From: Candidatus Saccharibacteria bacterium QS_5_54_17
Lineage (GTDB): Bacteria; Patescibacteriota; Saccharimonadia; QS-5-54-17
Direction: 5' to 3'
DNA: 64,000 nucleotides
Assembly (NCBI GenBank): GCA_003022365.1
Contig: PXOU01000019.1
Location: 4,157-68,156 of the forward strand
Below, in pieces: positions 1 to 12,371 of the stretch. Under the pieces are notes generated by a model. That model searched no databases and was not told the DNA's origin. It saw only the letters and a list, made by a program, of their open reading frames with translations. Position numbers and translations under genes: made by a program. The first letter of the stretch is position 1; every line of letters begins with the position of its first letter.

Positions 1-1
1 C

Positions 2-2659
2 ATGCAAGTCGATGATGTCGTCGCCATCATCAATGAGATCGTTCGCCTGAATAAAACCCAGGAACCCGGAGATGAAATCGATTCCTTCGCCAACCGGCGC
101 TTACGGATGGTCGGCGAGCTGATACAGCACTACTTCCGGATCGGCCTGTTGCGGATGGACCGCAATATGAAAGACCGGATGAGCGTCTACGATCTCGAGG
201 AAGTGACCGCCCAACAACTATTGAACGCACGGCCGGTAGTTGCCAGTGTCCGCGAGTTTTTCGCCAGTTCCCAGCTGAGCCAATTTATGGAGCAAGTCAA
301 TCCATTGGCCGAATTAACGCACAAACGCCGCCTCAGTGCCACGGGGCCGGGTGGCTTGAGCCGTGAACGCGCTGGATTCGAAGTACGGGACATGCACCGG
401 ACGCATTATGGCCGGGTATGTATGGTTGAGACGTCTGAAGGCGCCAATGTAGGGCTGGTATTAAGTTTGACCATCTACGCCCGGATCAATGAGTACGGAT
501 TTATAGAAACCCCGTACCGGAAAGTTATGCGGGAAGTCGCCGCCTCGGAGGCAAAGGGTTACATTGCCCGGGAAGATATCGTTGACGAATCAGGGAAGAC
601 GTTGGTCTCAGCCGACACGGAAATCACCGCCGCGCATGTTAAGAAATTAGACAATGCTGGCATCCACACCGTTCCCATTAAACCGATTGCTACCAATGAA
701 GTCGTATACCTGGACTCCCAGGATGAAGACCATACCGTGATTGCCGATGCCAGCAACACGCTGGACGAAAACGGGTATTTCGTGGAAGACCGGGTCTCGG
801 TCCGGCGCGGGGGACGTCCTGGAGAAGAAGAGACCGATCACATCACCCATATGGATATTTCTCCTCAGCAAGCGATCGGCGTTACGGCCGGTTTGATTCC
901 CTTCATAGAACAGGACGACGTGACCCGCGCCGTGATGGGGTCTAACCAGTCCCGGCAAGCAGTACCGCTTCTGCGTCCCCAAGCACCCATCGTGGGAACC
1001 GGGATGGAAGGGCCGGCCGCCTATAATTCCCGGCAAATGATCACGGCCCAAGAGGCGGGTACCGTTACCAAGGCGACAGCTAAAGAAGTCGTGGTTGATT
1101 ACCAAAGCCAGGGTGAAGTCACCCACCCACTCCATATATTTACCCGGAGTAACGACGGAACTGCCATTACGAACCAGGTAGCAGTCAATTCAGGCCAAAA
1201 GGTAGAGCCGGGCGATCTATTGGCCGACGGAATGAGTACCCAGCACGGGGAATTGGCAATCGGGGCTAACTTGCTGGTGGGATTTATGCCATGGGAAGGT
1301 TACAATTTCGAGGACGCCATCGTTATATCCCGCCGTTTGGTTGAAGATGACACGCTGACCTCAGTCCACATCGAAGAATTTTCCCTGGAGGTCCGGGAAA
1401 CCAAGCTGGGTCCCGAACAGGTTACCCGTGATATTCCCAATGTCTCCGAGGATGCCTTAGCCAATCTGGACGAAACTGGTGTGGTCCGGATCGGCGCGGA
1501 AGTAAAGCCCGGTGACATTCTGGTGGGGAAAATCACTCCCAAGGGTGAACAGGAGCTCTCCAGTGAAGAGCGTTTGCTTCGGGCCGTATTCGGTGAAAAA
1601 GCCAAGGACGTCCGGGACTCCTCCCGCCGTATGCCCGGCGGAAAACACGGCAAGGTGGTGGGGGTTAAAGTATTCACCCGGGAAAACGGCCATGAACTTA
1701 AAGCCGGCATTCTGCAAAACGTACACGTCTACGTAGCCCAAACCAGGAAAATCGCGGTCGGGGATAAACTCGGCGCCCGGCACGGCAACAAAGGTGTTAT
1801 CGCCCGGGTATTGCCCCAAGAAGATATGCCGTTTATGGAAGACGGCACCCCGATGGATATTTTGCTCAACCCGCTCGGAGTAGCCCAACGGATGAATATC
1901 GGCCAGATATTCGAAACCCATTTGGGCTGGGCGGCCTCGGCGCTGGGATACAACGTGGCCGTACCTCCGTTTGAAAAAGTATCGACCGATCATATCAAGC
2001 AGGAACTGGAGAAAGCCGGATTACCCGAAGACGGGAAAACGCAGCTATACGATGGACGGACCGGTGAGTCGTTCAAGGAACCGACCACGGTGGGCTACAT
2101 TTACGTAAACAAACTCAAGCACATGATCGACGATAAGATTCATGCCCGCTCGACCGGGCCCTACACCATGGTTACTCAGCAACCATTAGGCGGCAAAGCA
2201 CAAAATGGCGGCCAGCGCTTCGGTGAGATGGAGGTCTGGGCACTGGAAGCTTACGGTGTTGCCCATACCCTGCAGGAAATGCTGACCATTAAGTCTGATG
2301 ACGTTATCGGCCGCTCCAAAGCCTATGAATCAATCATCAAATCAGATGACATTCACGGCCCGAGACTACCTGAGTCGTTCAATGTACTGGTCAAAGAGTT
2401 ACAGAGTTTGAACTTGGACGTTGATCTGATCAAATCGGAAGAAGTGGTTGGAGCCGAGGAGGTACTGGAAGAGAAATACGAATTAGATTTAGAGGACACC
2501 GGTGTTGTTAAGGATGATCCGGGTCCGACTGTGGACGTAACCGAAGACACTGATGAAGACGACTTTGCGCTCGAAGAAGCGGAACAGTCGACCCAGGGCT
2601 CCGCGGACAGTCAAGAAAAAGAATCGGTTAGTATAGGCGAAGAGGAAGGTAAGGAGTAA
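2..2659 (+). CDS. rpoB: RNA polymerase beta subunit (5' truncated by window)
   Basis: Motifs [36 protein letters not shown]; acidic C-terminal tail. Confidence 0.99.
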   Translation: MQVDDVVAIINEIVRLNKTQEPGDEIDSFANRRLRMVGELIQHYFRIGLLRMDRNMKDRMSVYDLEEVTAQQLLNARPVVASVREFFASSQLSQFMEQVNPLAELTHKRRLSATGPGGLSRERAGFEVRDMHRTHYGRVCMVETSEGANVGLVLSLTIYARINEYGFIETPYRKVMREVAASEAKGYIAREDIVDESGKTLVSADTEITAAHVKKLDNAGIHTVPIKPIATNEVVYLDSQDEDHTVIADASNTLDENGYFVEDRVSVRRGGRPGEEETDHITHMDISPQQAIGVTAGLIPFIEQDDVTRAVMGSNQSRQAVPLLRPQAPIVGTGMEGPAAYNSRQMITAQEAGTVTKATAKEVVVDYQSQGEVTHPLHIFTRSNDGTAITNQVAVNSGQKVEPGDLLADGMSTQHGELAIGANLLVGFMPWEGYNFEDAIVISRRLVEDDTLTSVHIEEFSLEVRETKLGPEQVTRDIPNVSEDALANLDETGVVRIGAEVKPGDILVGKITPKGEQELSSEERLLRAVFGEKAKDVRDSSRRMPGGKHGKVVGVKVFTRENGHELKAGILQNVHVYVAQTRKIAVGDKLGARHGNKGVIARVLPQEDMPFMEDGTPMDILLNPLGVAQRMNIGQIFETHLGWAASALGYNVAVPPFEKVSTDHIKQELEKAGLPEDGKTQLYDGRTGESFKEPTTVGYIYVNKLKHMIDDKIHARSTGPYTMVTQQPLGGKAQNGGQRFGEMEVWALEAYGVAHTLQEMLTIKSDDVIGRSKAYESIIKSDDIHGPRLPESFNVLVKELQSLNLDVDLIKSEEVVGAEEVLEEKYELDLEDTGVVKDDPGPTVDVTEDTDEDDFALEEAEQSTQGSADSQEKESVSIGEEEGKE

Positions 2660-2661
2660 CC

Positions 2662-5600
2662 ATGGCGGATTATTTACACGAGAAAAACGCTTCGGATTTT
2701 GACGCGATCCAGTTGAGTATTGCCGGGCCCGATGAGATATTATCGTGGTCCCACGGGGAGGTGTTAAAGCCGGAGACGATCAACTACCGGACGCAAAAAC
2801 CGGAAAAAGACGGTCTGTTCGATGAGCGTATTTTCGGCCCCACCAAGGACTTCGAGTGTTATTGCGGGAAATACAAGGGCGCCCATTACCGCGGCGTGAC
2901 CTGTGACAGATGCGGTGTTTTGGTTGCCCGGGCGATCGTGCGCCGGGAGCGTATGGGGCATATCGCGCTGGCAGTACCCGTAACTCATGTGTGGTTCCTG
3001 CGCCGGACTCCTTCCAGTATCGGGCTGGTACTGAACATGACCGCCAAGAACCTGGAAAAGATAACCTACTTTGCCAATTACGCGGTGACCAGCGTAGATG
3101 AGGACAAAAAAGAAGAATATCTCCGGGAAATGGAAACCGCTTACGAAAACAATAAAGCTGCCATCAAGCAAAAGTTTGAGGAAATGGCCTCCCAGGAGGG
3201 ACAGGACGAGCAGGCGTTGGCCCAGCAGCGAAACCAGGAACTGGAAGAAGCGGAACAGACCTACACCACTGAACGTTCCAAGTTGGAGTCTTTGGTGGAA
3301 AAAGCGTTACTGAGTGAGCAGGATTATCGGGAGCTGCGTGATCAGTATTCCGATGTTTTCAGTGCCCAAACAGGAGCGGAAGCCATCAAAACGCTCTTAA
3401 AGAGTATCGATCTGGATCGAACGGTCGGGGAATTACGGGAAGCCGCTCAGGAAACCCAGGGCCAGCGGCAACGCAAAATCCTCAAGCGCCTGAAAAAACT
3501 GGAAGGCATGCAAAAGGCCGGCATTAAGCCGGAATGGATGATCGTCGAGCATGTACCCGTCATTCCGCCCGAGTTACGGCCCATGGTGCAGTTAACCGGC
3601 GGGCGTTTCGCCACATCGGATCTCAACGACCTATACCGGCGGGTGATCAACCGGAATAACCGCTTGAAGAAGCTGATCGATCTGAATGCTCCCGAAGTAA
3701 TCTGCCGGAACGAAATGCGGATGCTCCAGGAGGCGGTCGACGCGCTTATAGACAATAGCCACGTTCGCGGTGGCCGCGCGGTCAACGCTGCCGGCGGTCG
3801 GCGCAAGCTCAAGAGCTTAAGTGATCAGTTGCGCGGCAAACAAGGCCGGTTCCGCCAGAACCTGCTCGGCAAGCGGGTGGATTACTCCGGTAGAAGCGTC
3901 ATCGTCTCCGGCCCTGATCTCCAGTTACACCAATGCGGATTACCGAAAATGATGGCGCTTGATCTGTTCAAGCCATTCGTGATTGGCAAGTTAATGGAGG
4001 ATGAAACCGCCCATAACGTGAAAGCGGCCAGTCAGATGATCGATAACAACGAGCCGATTATCTGGGACGCGCTTGACGCGGTCATCGAAGGTAAATACGT
4101 GTTACTAAACCGGGCGCCCACGCTGCATCGGCTCGGCGTCCAGGCATTCCAACCGGTATTGGTTGAAGGAAAAGCCATTCAGCTTCATCCCCTGGTGTGC
4201 GGTGGTTTCAATGCCGACTTTGATGGCGATCAAATGGCCGTACACATACCTCTCAGCGATGAAGCCCAAACCGAAGCCCGTGAAATTATGGCATCCGACA
4301 AAAATCTGCTCTACCCATTAGACGGCACCGTTATGGTGTCAATCATGCAGGATATGGTACTGGGGGCTTACTATATGACCTACCAACCTCCATCCCTGGA
4401 GGAGACGCCCCGGCACTCCTATGCCTCTGAATCCGAAGCCATCTACGCCTATGAAGCCGGCAGCATTACCTTGCAAACACCCAACTCCGTAGTCTGTGAT
4501 GACGGAGAGACCCGCGTTACGACGGTGGGGCGCATTTTGTTCAACCAGATTCTCCCCGATGACTTTTCCTTCCGGAATCACACCTTCATTAAGTCCGACT
4601 TAACCAAACTGGCTACCGAAATTTTCAACCGCTACGGCATGGATGTGTTGGGCGAAGTAGCCGACCGGATCAAAGAAACCGGGTTCGAGTATGCCACCAA
4701 TTCCGGACTTTCCACCGGTATGGATGATTACATTATTCCGGATGCCAAGACAAAAATTGTCCAAGAAGGTGAAGACCGTGCCAGCGAGATCGACGAGCAA
4801 TACGATCAGGGCTTGATTACTGAAGAGGAGCGGTATCGCCTGACGGTGGACGCCTGGCTGAAAGCCGACGATGAAATAAAAGCTGCCGTCAAAGAAGATT
4901 TCCAGCAGCAGGAAAATAGCACCACCATCATAACGCTCTCGGGCGCCCGGGCGAAAATGGGGGCGATCAACCAGATCATCGGTATGACCGGGTTGCGCCA
5001 GGATGTCTACGGCAACACCATCGAACTCCCCATCAAGAGTAACTATAAAGAAGGGCTGGATGTTTTAGAGTACTTCACCGATGCCCGCGCCTCTCGCAAG
5101 GTACTGATTGACACTGCGCTTAAAACCGCCGATTCGGGCTATCTGACCCGGCGTCTGGTCGATGTTTCCCAGGATGTGTTTACAGTCGAGGACGATTGCG
5201 GTGACGATGAAGGCGTTGCTATGGATCGAGAAGAAGCACACGATCTCGACGTTGGCTTTGCCGAGCGATTGAGTGGCCGCGTGGCAGCGGAAGACCTTGA
5301 AGGTATTGTCAAAAACGGGGAACTTATCGGCCGTGATCAAGCCGAGATGATCGAATCCAGCGACCGGGAAACGGTTCGCGTCCGGAGCCTTCTTTCCTGC
5401 CGCTCCGTTCGCGGCGTCTGCCGTCAATGTTATGGCCAGGATCTTTCTACTGGGGAAATGGTCAACAACCGTGTGCCCGTCGGTGTCATGGCAGCCCAGG
5501 CTATCGGCGAGCCGGGCACACAGTTGACGTTGCGGACCTTCCACGGCGGTGGCGGCGCCGGAGAAGACATTACCCAGGGGTTACCCCGTGTCAATGAGTT

Positions 5601-6471
5601 GTTTGAGGCGCAGAACCCCAAAGGCCAGGCGCAGCTGGCTGACATGGAAGGCACGATAAGCATCGGTGATCACGACACCTATTACACGGTTCGCTTAACC
5701 CCAACCAGTAACCCCGAACACAGCTATGATATCCAGGGTATGATTCCTGCTATTGCCGATGGCGATACGGTAAAGCCGGGCGATGTTATTGCCACCAGCG
5801 AGGATGACCGGCGGATCGTCAGCGCCAACATGAGCGGAACTGCCCAAGTCAGTAAAAACCAGATCAAAGTTACGGCCGAAAAAATGGGGGCGCGGGAATA
5901 TACGGTTCCCAAGTATCGCAACCTCTTAGTCGGCGATGGCGAGCAGGTTACGGCCGGGCAGCGGCTTACCAGCGGGTCGGTCAATGTGCAGGATCTTTTG
6001 AATCTTACCGATACCAGCCAAGTGCAACGCTATATCATCAACGAAGTCCAGCGCGTTTTCAGTCTGCAGGGTACGACCATTGCCGATAAACATTTGGAAG
6101 TCATTGTTCGCCAAATGACTTCGCGGGTACAGATCGAAAACCCGGGAGACAGTCTGTTCGTTACCGGTGATGTGGTTACCAAGGCACGGATTATCCAGGA
6201 AAACCAGCAACTTCGGGCAAACAACCAACAGCCGATCGCCTACAAACAGCTCTTGCTGGGGATTAGTAAAACCTCACTGAGTACTGAATCCTGGCTGTCG
6301 GCGGCATCCTTCCAGGACACCACCCGGATACTGATCAATGCGGCGACGGCCGGCAGTATTGATCACCTCTACGGCCTGAAAGAAAATGTCATCATCGGAC
6401 GAAAGATCCCGGTGGGGACCGGCTACCAGCCAGACGCTGACAGCGAAGCAGACGCAGAAGTTGACGAATAG
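2662..6471 (+). CDS. rpoC: RNA polymerase beta' subunit
   Basis: [12 protein letters not shown] catalytic motif, Zn finger CYCGKYK; SD AAGGAG upstream. Confidence 0.99.
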   Translation: MADYLHEKNASDFDAIQLSIAGPDEILSWSHGEVLKPETINYRTQKPEKDGLFDERIFGPTKDFECYCGKYKGAHYRGVTCDRCGVLVARAIVRRERMGHIALAVPVTHVWFLRRTPSSIGLVLNMTAKNLEKITYFANYAVTSVDEDKKEEYLREMETAYENNKAAIKQKFEEMASQEGQDEQALAQQRNQELEEAEQTYTTERSKLESLVEKALLSEQDYRELRDQYSDVFSAQTGAEAIKTLLKSIDLDRTVGELREAAQETQGQRQRKILKRLKKLEGMQKAGIKPEWMIVEHVPVIPPELRPMVQLTGGRFATSDLNDLYRRVINRNNRLKKLIDLNAPEVICRNEMRMLQEAVDALIDNSHVRGGRAVNAAGGRRKLKSLSDQLRGKQGRFRQNLLGKRVDYSGRSVIVSGPDLQLHQCGLPKMMALDLFKPFVIGKLMEDETAHNVKAASQMIDNNEPIIWDALDAVIEGKYVLLNRAPTLHRLGVQAFQPVLVEGKAIQLHPLVCGGFNADFDGDQMAVHIPLSDEAQTEAREIMASDKNLLYPLDGTVMVSIMQDMVLGAYYMTYQPPSLEETPRHSYASESEAIYAYEAGSITLQTPNSVVCDDGETRVTTVGRILFNQILPDDFSFRNHTFIKSDLTKLATEIFNRYGMDVLGEVADRIKETGFEYATNSGLSTGMDDYIIPDAKTKIVQEGEDRASEIDEQYDQGLITEEERYRLTVDAWLKADDEIKAAVKEDFQQQENSTTIITLSGARAKMGAINQIIGMTGLRQDVYGNTIELPIKSNYKEGLDVLEYFTDARASRKVLIDTALKTADSGYLTRRLVDVSQDVFTVEDDCGDDEGVAMDREEAHDLDVGFAERLSGRVAAEDLEGIVKNGELIGRDQAEMIESSDRETVRVRSLLSCRSVRGVCRQCYGQDLSTGEMVNNRVPVGVMAAQAIGEPGTQLTLRTFHGGGGAGEDITQGLPRVNELFEAQNPKGQAQLADMEGTISIGDHDTYYTVRLTPTSNPEHSYDIQGMIPAIADGDTVKPGDVIATSEDDRRIVSANMSGTAQVSKNQIKVTAEKMGAREYTVPKYRNLLVGDGEQVTAGQRLTSGSVNVQDLLNLTDTSQVQRYIINEVQRVFSLQGTTIADKHLEVIVRQMTSRVQIENPGDSLFVTGDVVTKARIIQENQQLRANNQQPIAYKQLLLGISKTSLSTESWLSAASFQDTTRILINAATAGSIDHLYGLKENVIIGRKIPVGTGYQPDADSEADAEVDE

Positions 6472-6472
6472 T

Positions 6473-6646
6473 ATGCCCTCTGTCAGACTAGCTACTGTCC
6501 TCAAACCCGATTGGTGTGGTGGAAACCTAAAAACACGGGATAGATTGCCGGGTTCACTGCAGCTGTTCCGGCGAGAAGTCTGGGGTGTGTTTTTCCCGCC
6601 ACAACCAAAAACTTTCGGGAATGGAGTTTTGATATGCCGACAATGA
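6473..6646 (+). CDS. Putative 57-aa bridging micro-ORF (rpoC|rpsL)
   Basis: ATG 1 nt after rpoC TAG; open through whole spacer; TGA inside the rpsL 5' end. Confidence 0.5.
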   Translation: MPSVRLATVLKPDWCGGNLKTRDRLPGSLQLFRREVWGVFFPPQPKTFGNGVLICRQ

Positions 6647-7041
6647 ATCAATTAGTCAACAAACCGCGCAAGAAGAAGAAGCGGCAGTCCAAGTCCGCGG
6701 CGCTGCACCAAGTCAACAACGTGTTACAGAATCGGACCTACGAAAGTCCGTCTCCACTGAAGCGCGGGGTGTGTTTGCGCGTTACCACCCAAAGCCCTAA
6801 GAAACCGAACTCAGCTTTGCGGAAAATTGCCCGTGTCCGTTTGACGAACGGCAAGGAAGTAACCGCCTATATTCCCGGGGAAGGCCACAACCTCCAAGAG
6901 CACTCGGTGGTACTGGTCCGTGGCGGCAGTGTTAAAGACTTGCCCGGCGTCCGGTATCATGTGGTTCGCGGCGCCTTTGATACCGCCGGCGTGTCCGATC
7001 GGACCCAAGCACGCAGTAAATACGGAACCAAGAAAGGGTAA
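6634..7041 (+). CDS. rpsL: 30S ribosomal protein S12
   Basis: [29 protein letters not shown]. Confidence 0.99.
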   Translation: MPTMNQLVNKPRKKKKRQSKSAALHQVNNVLQNRTYESPSPLKRGVCLRVTTQSPKKPNSALRKIARVRLTNGKEVTAYIPGEGHNLQEHSVVLVRGGSVKDLPGVRYHVVRGAFDTAGVSDRTQARSKYGTKKG

Positions 7042-7044
7042 GCT

Positions 7045-7521
7045 ATGCCGCGCAAGAAAACCAAGGTCCTCCAGCGACATATCCAGCCGGACCGGAAATA
7101 CGACAGTGTACTGGTGCAACGCTTTATCAATAAAGTTATGCAAGATGGTAAAAAACTGAAAGCTGAGCGGATTGTCTATGACGCATTCCAAGAAGTGGAG
7201 CGGCGCACTAACCAACAGGCACTCGAGGTATTCCAACAAGCTATTGAAAACGCGGCGCCGTCACTGGAAGTCAAATCACGCCGTGTCGGCGGCGCCAATT
7301 ACCAAGTACCTTTCGAAGTCCACGGTAATCGCCGCACACATTTGGTACTGATGTGGATGGTACAGGCAGTCCGAGGCAAGAGCGGCCAACCTACCAGCCA
7401 GCGCATTGCCGACGAAATCATCAATGCCTACAACGAAACCGGCGACACGTTCAAAAAGAAAGAAGATTCCCACCGAATGGCTGAAGCTAACCGCGCCTTC
7501 GCGCACTTGGCACGGTTTTAA
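7045..7521 (+). CDS. rpsG: 30S ribosomal protein S7
   Basis: EVKSRRVGGANYQVP, HRMAEANRAFAH. Confidence 0.99.
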   Translation: MPRKKTKVLQRHIQPDRKYDSVLVQRFINKVMQDGKKLKAERIVYDAFQEVERRTNQQALEVFQQAIENAAPSLEVKSRRVGGANYQVPFEVHGNRRTHLVLMWMVQAVRGKSGQPTSQRIADEIINAYNETGDTFKKKEDSHRMAEANRAFAHLARF

Positions 7522-7523
7522 TC

Positions 7524-7655
7524 ATGGCAGGATGGTTGCGCTACGATGCCCGAGAAATAGAAAGCGACCGGGCAGGGTTAGCGGCTGCTGCCAATGCGGC
7601 TGTCAATCAGTTCCCAAACCAACGACTGAATCAATCAAGGGGTTGTTATGGGTAA
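7524..7655 (+). CDS. Putative 43-aa bridging micro-ORF (rpsG|fusA)
   Basis: ATG 2 nt after rpsG TAA; stop overlaps fusA start (ATGggTAA). Confidence 0.55.
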   Translation: MAGWLRYDAREIESDRAGLAAAANAAVNQFPNQRLNQSRGCYG

Positions 7656-9717
7656 ACGTGACTACGCCTTAGATGTCACCAGAAATATCGGCACGATCGC
7701 CCACATCGATGCCGGGAAAACGACGGTCACCGAAGGCATTCTCTACCGGACGGGCATCGTGCACCGGATCGGGGCGGTCCATGAAGGTGAAGCCACCATG
7801 GACTGGATGTCCCAGGAGCAGGAACGCGGTATCACCATTACCTCGGCGGCGACGACCTGTTTCTGGAATGACCACCGCATCAACATCATTGATACTCCCG
7901 GGCACATCGACTTCACCGTTGAGGTGGAACGGTCGCTGCGGGTTCTTGACGGGGCGGTCGTCATTTTCGACGGCAAGATGGGCGTAGAGCCCCAGTCGGA
8001 AACGGTGTGGCATCAAGCGGACAAATACCATGTACCCCGGATTTGCTTTATTAATAAAATCAACCAGACCGGAGGCGATTTCTACCACAGCCTGGAGACC
8101 ATTCAAGAACAACTGAGCAGCAACGCCTACCCCATTCACTTACCGATCGGGCATGAACAGGACATCAACGGCGTGGTCGATTTGATTGAGATGAAGGCCT
8201 ACACCTATGACAATTTCAGTGACAAACAGCTCCACGTGGATGAGGTACCCGAAGATATGCACCAGAAGTGTCAGCGCTACCGGCAACACCTGATTGAAGG
8301 TGCCCTGGAAAATGACGACGAATTATTGGAAAAATATTTGGAAACCGGCCAGTTGGGGGTGGACGAAATCAAGTCGGCCGTCCGGAAGTCGGTGCTGACC
8401 GGCCAATTCTTTCTGGTTACCGGGGGCGATGGCCGCGGAGTGATCGTGGAAAAACTATTGGACGCGATTACTGATTTTCTCCCCAGTCCGTTGGATGTGC
8501 CGCCCGCTGAAGGGGAAGACCCCAAAACCGGTGAGGCGATCATTCGTGCCGCTGACGATGAGGGTCCGTTCGCTGCCCTGGCGTTTAAGATCGCGGCTGA
8601 CCCGTATGTCGGCAAGTTGACCTTTTTCCGGGTCTATTCGGGAACCATGAAGACCGGTTCTTACCTATTAAACGCCAATACCGGCGAAAAAGAGCGGGTC
8701 GGCCGGATCGTGCGACTGCATTCCAACCACCGCGAGGAAGTCAATGAGGTGTATACCGGAGATATCGCGGCTGCGGTGGGGTTGAAGCAAACTACGACCG
8801 GAGATACCCTGTCTGACTTTGACCAGCCCATTATGCTGGAAAACATTACCTTTCCCGATCCACCGGTCCAAGTAGCGATTGAACCCAAGACCAAGGCTGA
8901 TCAAGAAAAAATGTCCCAAGCGCTGCAACGGTTGGCGGAAGAGGACCCGACATTCCAACTGTCAACAGACGAAGAGACCGGCCAAACACTGGTTGCCGGT
9001 ATGGGCGAACTGCATCTGCACATTATCGTCGATCGGCTGAAGCGCGAATTCAAAGTGGACGCCAACGTCGGCAATCCGCAGGTCGCCTATCGGGAGGCCA
9101 TCAAGAAACCGGTTAAAAATATCGAATCCCAATTCATTAAACAGAGCGGGGGTCGTGGTCAGTACGGACACGTCATTATCGATGTCGAGCCGTTGGAACG
9201 TGGCGAGGGATTTCAGTTTGAAAACAAAATCGTCGGCGGCGTGATACCCAAGGAATTCATTAATCCGATCCAGCAGGGGATAGGAGAAGCGCTGGCCAGT
9301 GGTGTCGTTGCCGGCTACCCGGTTATAGACGTGGGGGTTACGCTCCACGACGGTTCCTATCACGAGGTCGATTCTTCGGAAGTGGCATTTAAAATGGCCG
9401 GCTCTATGGCGATCCAGGACGCGGTCAAGCAGGCCAATCCGGTACTGCTGGAGCCGATCATGAGAGTTGATGTGACTATGCCCGAGGAATTCATGGGCGA
9501 TGTCATGGGCGACATTAACTCCCGCCGCGGTCGGGTCGAATCCATGAGCGACCGGGCTAAGGCCAAGCTCCTGGAGGCTTATGTGCCGCTGGCTGAGATG
9601 TTCGGTTACGAAACCGATCTCCGCTCGATTACTCAGGGCCGGGCGGCCAGCGCCATGGAGCTGGCTCATTACGAGGAAGTGCCGTCCAATGTGGCCGAAA
9701 CCATCATCGGATCTTAA
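7648..9717 (+). CDS. fusA: Elongation factor G (divergent G4/G5 motifs)
   Basis: [31 protein letters not shown]; str operon position. Confidence 0.99.
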   Translation: MGKRDYALDVTRNIGTIAHIDAGKTTVTEGILYRTGIVHRIGAVHEGEATMDWMSQEQERGITITSAATTCFWNDHRINIIDTPGHIDFTVEVERSLRVLDGAVVIFDGKMGVEPQSETVWHQADKYHVPRICFINKINQTGGDFYHSLETIQEQLSSNAYPIHLPIGHEQDINGVVDLIEMKAYTYDNFSDKQLHVDEVPEDMHQKCQRYRQHLIEGALENDDELLEKYLETGQLGVDEIKSAVRKSVLTGQFFLVTGGDGRGVIVEKLLDAITDFLPSPLDVPPAEGEDPKTGEAIIRAADDEGPFAALAFKIAADPYVGKLTFFRVYSGTMKTGSYLLNANTGEKERVGRIVRLHSNHREEVNEVYTGDIAAAVGLKQTTTGDTLSDFDQPIMLENITFPDPPVQVAIEPKTKADQEKMSQALQRLAEEDPTFQLSTDEETGQTLVAGMGELHLHIIVDRLKREFKVDANVGNPQVAYREAIKKPVKNIESQFIKQSGGRGQYGHVIIDVEPLERGEGFQFENKIVGGVIPKEFINPIQQGIGEALASGVVAGYPVIDVGVTLHDGSYHEVDSSEVAFKMAGSMAIQDAVKQANPVLLEPIMRVDVTMPEEFMGDVMGDINSRRGRVESMSDRAKAKLLEAYVPLAEMFGYETDLRSITQGRAASAMELAHYEEVPSNVAETIIGS

Positions 9718-9812
9718 GCCTGAAACCAAAGCAAAACCAACTTCGCCGCGACCGCTTCTGTGGTGGTATGCATTTTTGGCGTTTCCGATGGAGGAAAATC
9801 GTCCAACAGGGG

Positions 9813-9841
9813 TTTACAAGCATCCAGGCAAAACCTATAAT
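9813..9841 (+). promoter_or_regulatory. sigma70-type promoter for tuf
   Basis: TTTACA-17 nt-TATAAT. Confidence 0.7.
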
Positions 9842-9911
9842 CATTACCTGACGAAAAGGCGCCACATGAGTGTCCGGGAAATTAGATTAACGCAACGTAA
9901 GGAGAGGTCAC

Positions 9912-11096
9912 ATGGCCGAATTCGAACGCGATAAAAATCACATTAACGTAGGTACGATGGGTCACGTTGACCACGGCAAAACTACCCTGACTGCTGCCAT
10001 AACGAGCGTATTAGCCGAAAAAGTACCTACCGAAGCCAACAAGCAGGTAGCCTACGAGCAAATCGACAATGCCCCCGAAGAGCGGGAGCGCGGCATTACG
10101 ATTGCCACCTCACACAACGAGTACGAGACCGAAAATCGCCATTACGCCCACGTGGATATGCCGGGACACGCCGATTACGTCAAAAACATGGTTACCGGCG
10201 CCGCCCAGGTTGACGGCGCGGTTCTGGTGGTGTCGGCGGCTGATGGGCCCATGCCCCAGACCCGGGAACACGTGTTGCTGGCTCGCCAGGTCGGCGTTCC
10301 CAGCGTGGTCGTCTACTTGAACAAAACCGATCTCGTCGATGATGACGAATTGGTTGATTTGGTGGAAATGGAAGTGCGCGAGCTGCTTGAACAGTATGGA
10401 TTCGACAAAGACGCACCGATCGTCAAAGGCTCGGCTTTGAAAGCCATTGAGGGCGATGAAGCTGAACAAGAAAAAGTCATGGAACTGATCAACAGCATGG
10501 ATGACTACTTCCCCGAACCAGAGCGGGAAGTGGATAAAGACTTCCTCATGCCCATCGAGGACGTTTTCTCCATCAAAGGCCGGGGTACAGTGGCCACCGG
10601 CCGGGTTGAGCAGGGAGTGATTAACACCGGAGACGAGGTAGAACTCGTCGGGTTGCGCGATACGGTCAAAACCACGGTTACCGGCGTTGAAATGTTTAAC
10701 AAATCGCTGGATCAAGGCCAAGCCGGCGACAACATCGGCGCCTTGCTCCGTGGCGTGGAACGTGAAGACGTAGAGCGCGGCCAAGTGCTGGCCAAACCCG
10801 GTACCATTACCCCCCATACTGAATTCGAGGCCGAGGTTTACGTCCTCAACAAAGACGAAGGCGGACGCCACACCCAGTTCTTTAGTGGATACAAGCCACA
10901 GTTCTATTTCCGCACCACTGATGTGACCGGTGAAGTTACTCTGCCGGAAGGTACTGAAATGGTTATGCCCGGGGACAACGCCACGTTCCAGGTGCAGTTA
11001 ATCCAGCCGATAGCTATGGAAGAAGGACTCCGCTTCGCCATCCGTGAAGGCGGCAAAACGGTCGGCGCCGGTGTCGTTACCCAAATTACCAAGTAG
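9912..11096 (+). CDS. tuf: Elongation factor Tu
   Basis: [27 protein letters not shown]. Confidence 0.99.
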   Translation: MAEFERDKNHINVGTMGHVDHGKTTLTAAITSVLAEKVPTEANKQVAYEQIDNAPEERERGITIATSHNEYETENRHYAHVDMPGHADYVKNMVTGAAQVDGAVLVVSAADGPMPQTREHVLLARQVGVPSVVVYLNKTDLVDDDELVDLVEMEVRELLEQYGFDKDAPIVKGSALKAIEGDEAEQEKVMELINSMDDYFPEPEREVDKDFLMPIEDVFSIKGRGTVATGRVEQGVINTGDEVELVGLRDTVKTTVTGVEMFNKSLDQGQAGDNIGALLRGVEREDVERGQVLAKPGTITPHTEFEAEVYVLNKDEGGRHTQFFSGYKPQFYFRTTDVTGEVTLPEGTEMVMPGDNATFQVQLIQPIAMEEGLRFAIREGGKTVGAGVVTQITK

Positions 11097-11100
11097 CCAC

Positions 11101-11172
11101 ATGTCATATGCCATATGTCACTACCACTGTTTTTCGCTTGCATACTCTCATAAGGCGAGCCGAGGTTGCTGA
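11101..11172 (+). CDS. Putative 23-aa bridging micro-ORF (tuf|rpsJ)
   Basis: ATG 4 nt after tuf TAG; TGATG overlap with rpsJ start. Confidence 0.5.
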   Translation: MSYAICHYHCFSLAYSHKASRGC

Positions 11173-11489
11173 TGGCTGAAGCGACCAAACAGCGTATCCG
11201 GATCCGCTTGAAGGCATACGATCACAAACTCGTTGATCAATCGGCCAAGCAGATCATCGACACGGCAATCCGTACCGGTGCCAGTGTGTCGGGTCCGGTA
11301 CCGCTGCCGACCGACCGGAATGAATATACGGTGATCCGGGGAGCGTTCAAACACAAGGACTCCCAAGAGCAGTTCGAGATGCGGGTACACAAACGCTTGA
11401 TCGATATCACCGAACCTACCGACAAGACTATAGACAATTTGATGAACTTAAGCCTGCCAACCGGGGTAGACACTGAAATCAAAATGTAG
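11172..11489 (+). CDS. rpsJ: 30S ribosomal protein S10
   Basis: [32 protein letters not shown]. Confidence 0.99.
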   Translation: MAEATKQRIRIRLKAYDHKLVDQSAKQIIDTAIRTGASVSGPVPLPTDRNEYTVIRGAFKHKDSQEQFEMRVHKRLIDITEPTDKTIDNLMNLSLPTGVDTEIKM

Positions 11490-11602
11490 CATGCAATGAG
11501 GGGCCTTTTGGGCTGCGTTTGGCCGTTTTCCCCGGCCGCATCCGCAAAAAACCTCACATATCGGATATGCCTACGGGAGGTTATTTGCTATAGTAACAGC
11601 TC

Positions 11603-12058
11603 ATGGAAGCAGTGTTTGATTACTCCTATGGCGTGATCCCCCTGTGGCAGGAGACCGATCACCCCCAAGTACTCCTCGTCCAGCATAATGCCGGTCATTG
11701 GAGCTTCCCCAAGGGCCACCCTGAGTCAGGCGAAACACCGGTCCAGACAGCCAAACGGGAGCTGGAAGAAGAAACAGGGGTAGTTAACCTGACATTACAG
11801 GAAACACCCTCGTTCAAGCAGCAATATACTTTCTCCCGAAACGGAACCCTCCATCACAAAACCGTTATCTATTTCCCCGCTTTGTTGCATGAGGGGGGCG
11901 TTTCGGTGGATCCTGAGGAGATTTACCAGCACCGATGGGCGCGGCCACAGCAGGCACGGGAATTGCTGCGATTCCAAGGCCAGTCCAACCCGGCTTTGGA
12001 GGCATTCCTCTCTTGGTGGTATGGAGCGTCAGCGCAGAATACTCGTGAGCAGAAGTAA
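11603..12058 (+). CDS. NUDIX hydrolase (Ap4A hydrolase-like)
   Basis: Nudix box FPKGHPESGETPVQTAKRELEEETG. Confidence 0.9.
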   Translation: MEAVFDYSYGVIPLWQETDHPQVLLVQHNAGHWSFPKGHPESGETPVQTAKRELEEETGVVNLTLQETPSFKQQYTFSRNGTLHHKTVIYFPALLHEGGVSVDPEEIYQHRWARPQQARELLRFQGQSNPALEAFLSWWYGASAQNTREQK

Positions 12059-12113
12059 TCCCTTGCCCCTTACCGCTCGCCAATTGGATAACAATTTGAT
12101 TTAATAGGAGGTA

Positions 12114-12371
12114 ATGGCACCCGAGACACCCACCAAGCAAACCGAAACCGATGCAACCTATTTTTTGAAAATCCTGCTATTTTTCATAGTTGGGGCCATA
12201 TGGATCGAAATTACGGCTTGGAATACCTCACTGCCCCTGGGGTTGGGATTAGGTTTACTGTTCGCCAGCCATGATCACTTCCAGATCGATCGAAAAATAG
12301 AATACGCCGTGTTATTGGTAGCGGCCATAGTCAGTTTCGCCGTGCCGATCGGTATTATGGCCCGGATATGA
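12114..12371 (+). CDS. Small membrane protein
   Basis: AGGAGG SD, three hydrophobic segments, ATGA overlap with next gene. Confidence 0.8.
   Translation: MAPETPTKQTETDATYFLKILLFFIVGAIWIEITAWNTSLPLGLGLGLLFASHDHFQIDRKIEYAVLLVAAIVSFAVPIGIMARI

Noticed and set aside
9718-9934. Small ORFs in the fusA-tuf spacer (e.g. 9866-9934)
   Set aside because: Not coupled to the fusA stop; the spacer is explained by a clear tuf promoter
11491-11636. MQ* mini-ORF plus a 46-aa ORF after rpsJ
   Set aside because: The 34-nt overlap with NUDIX is loose and NUDIX has its own -10; only weakly fits the bridge pattern
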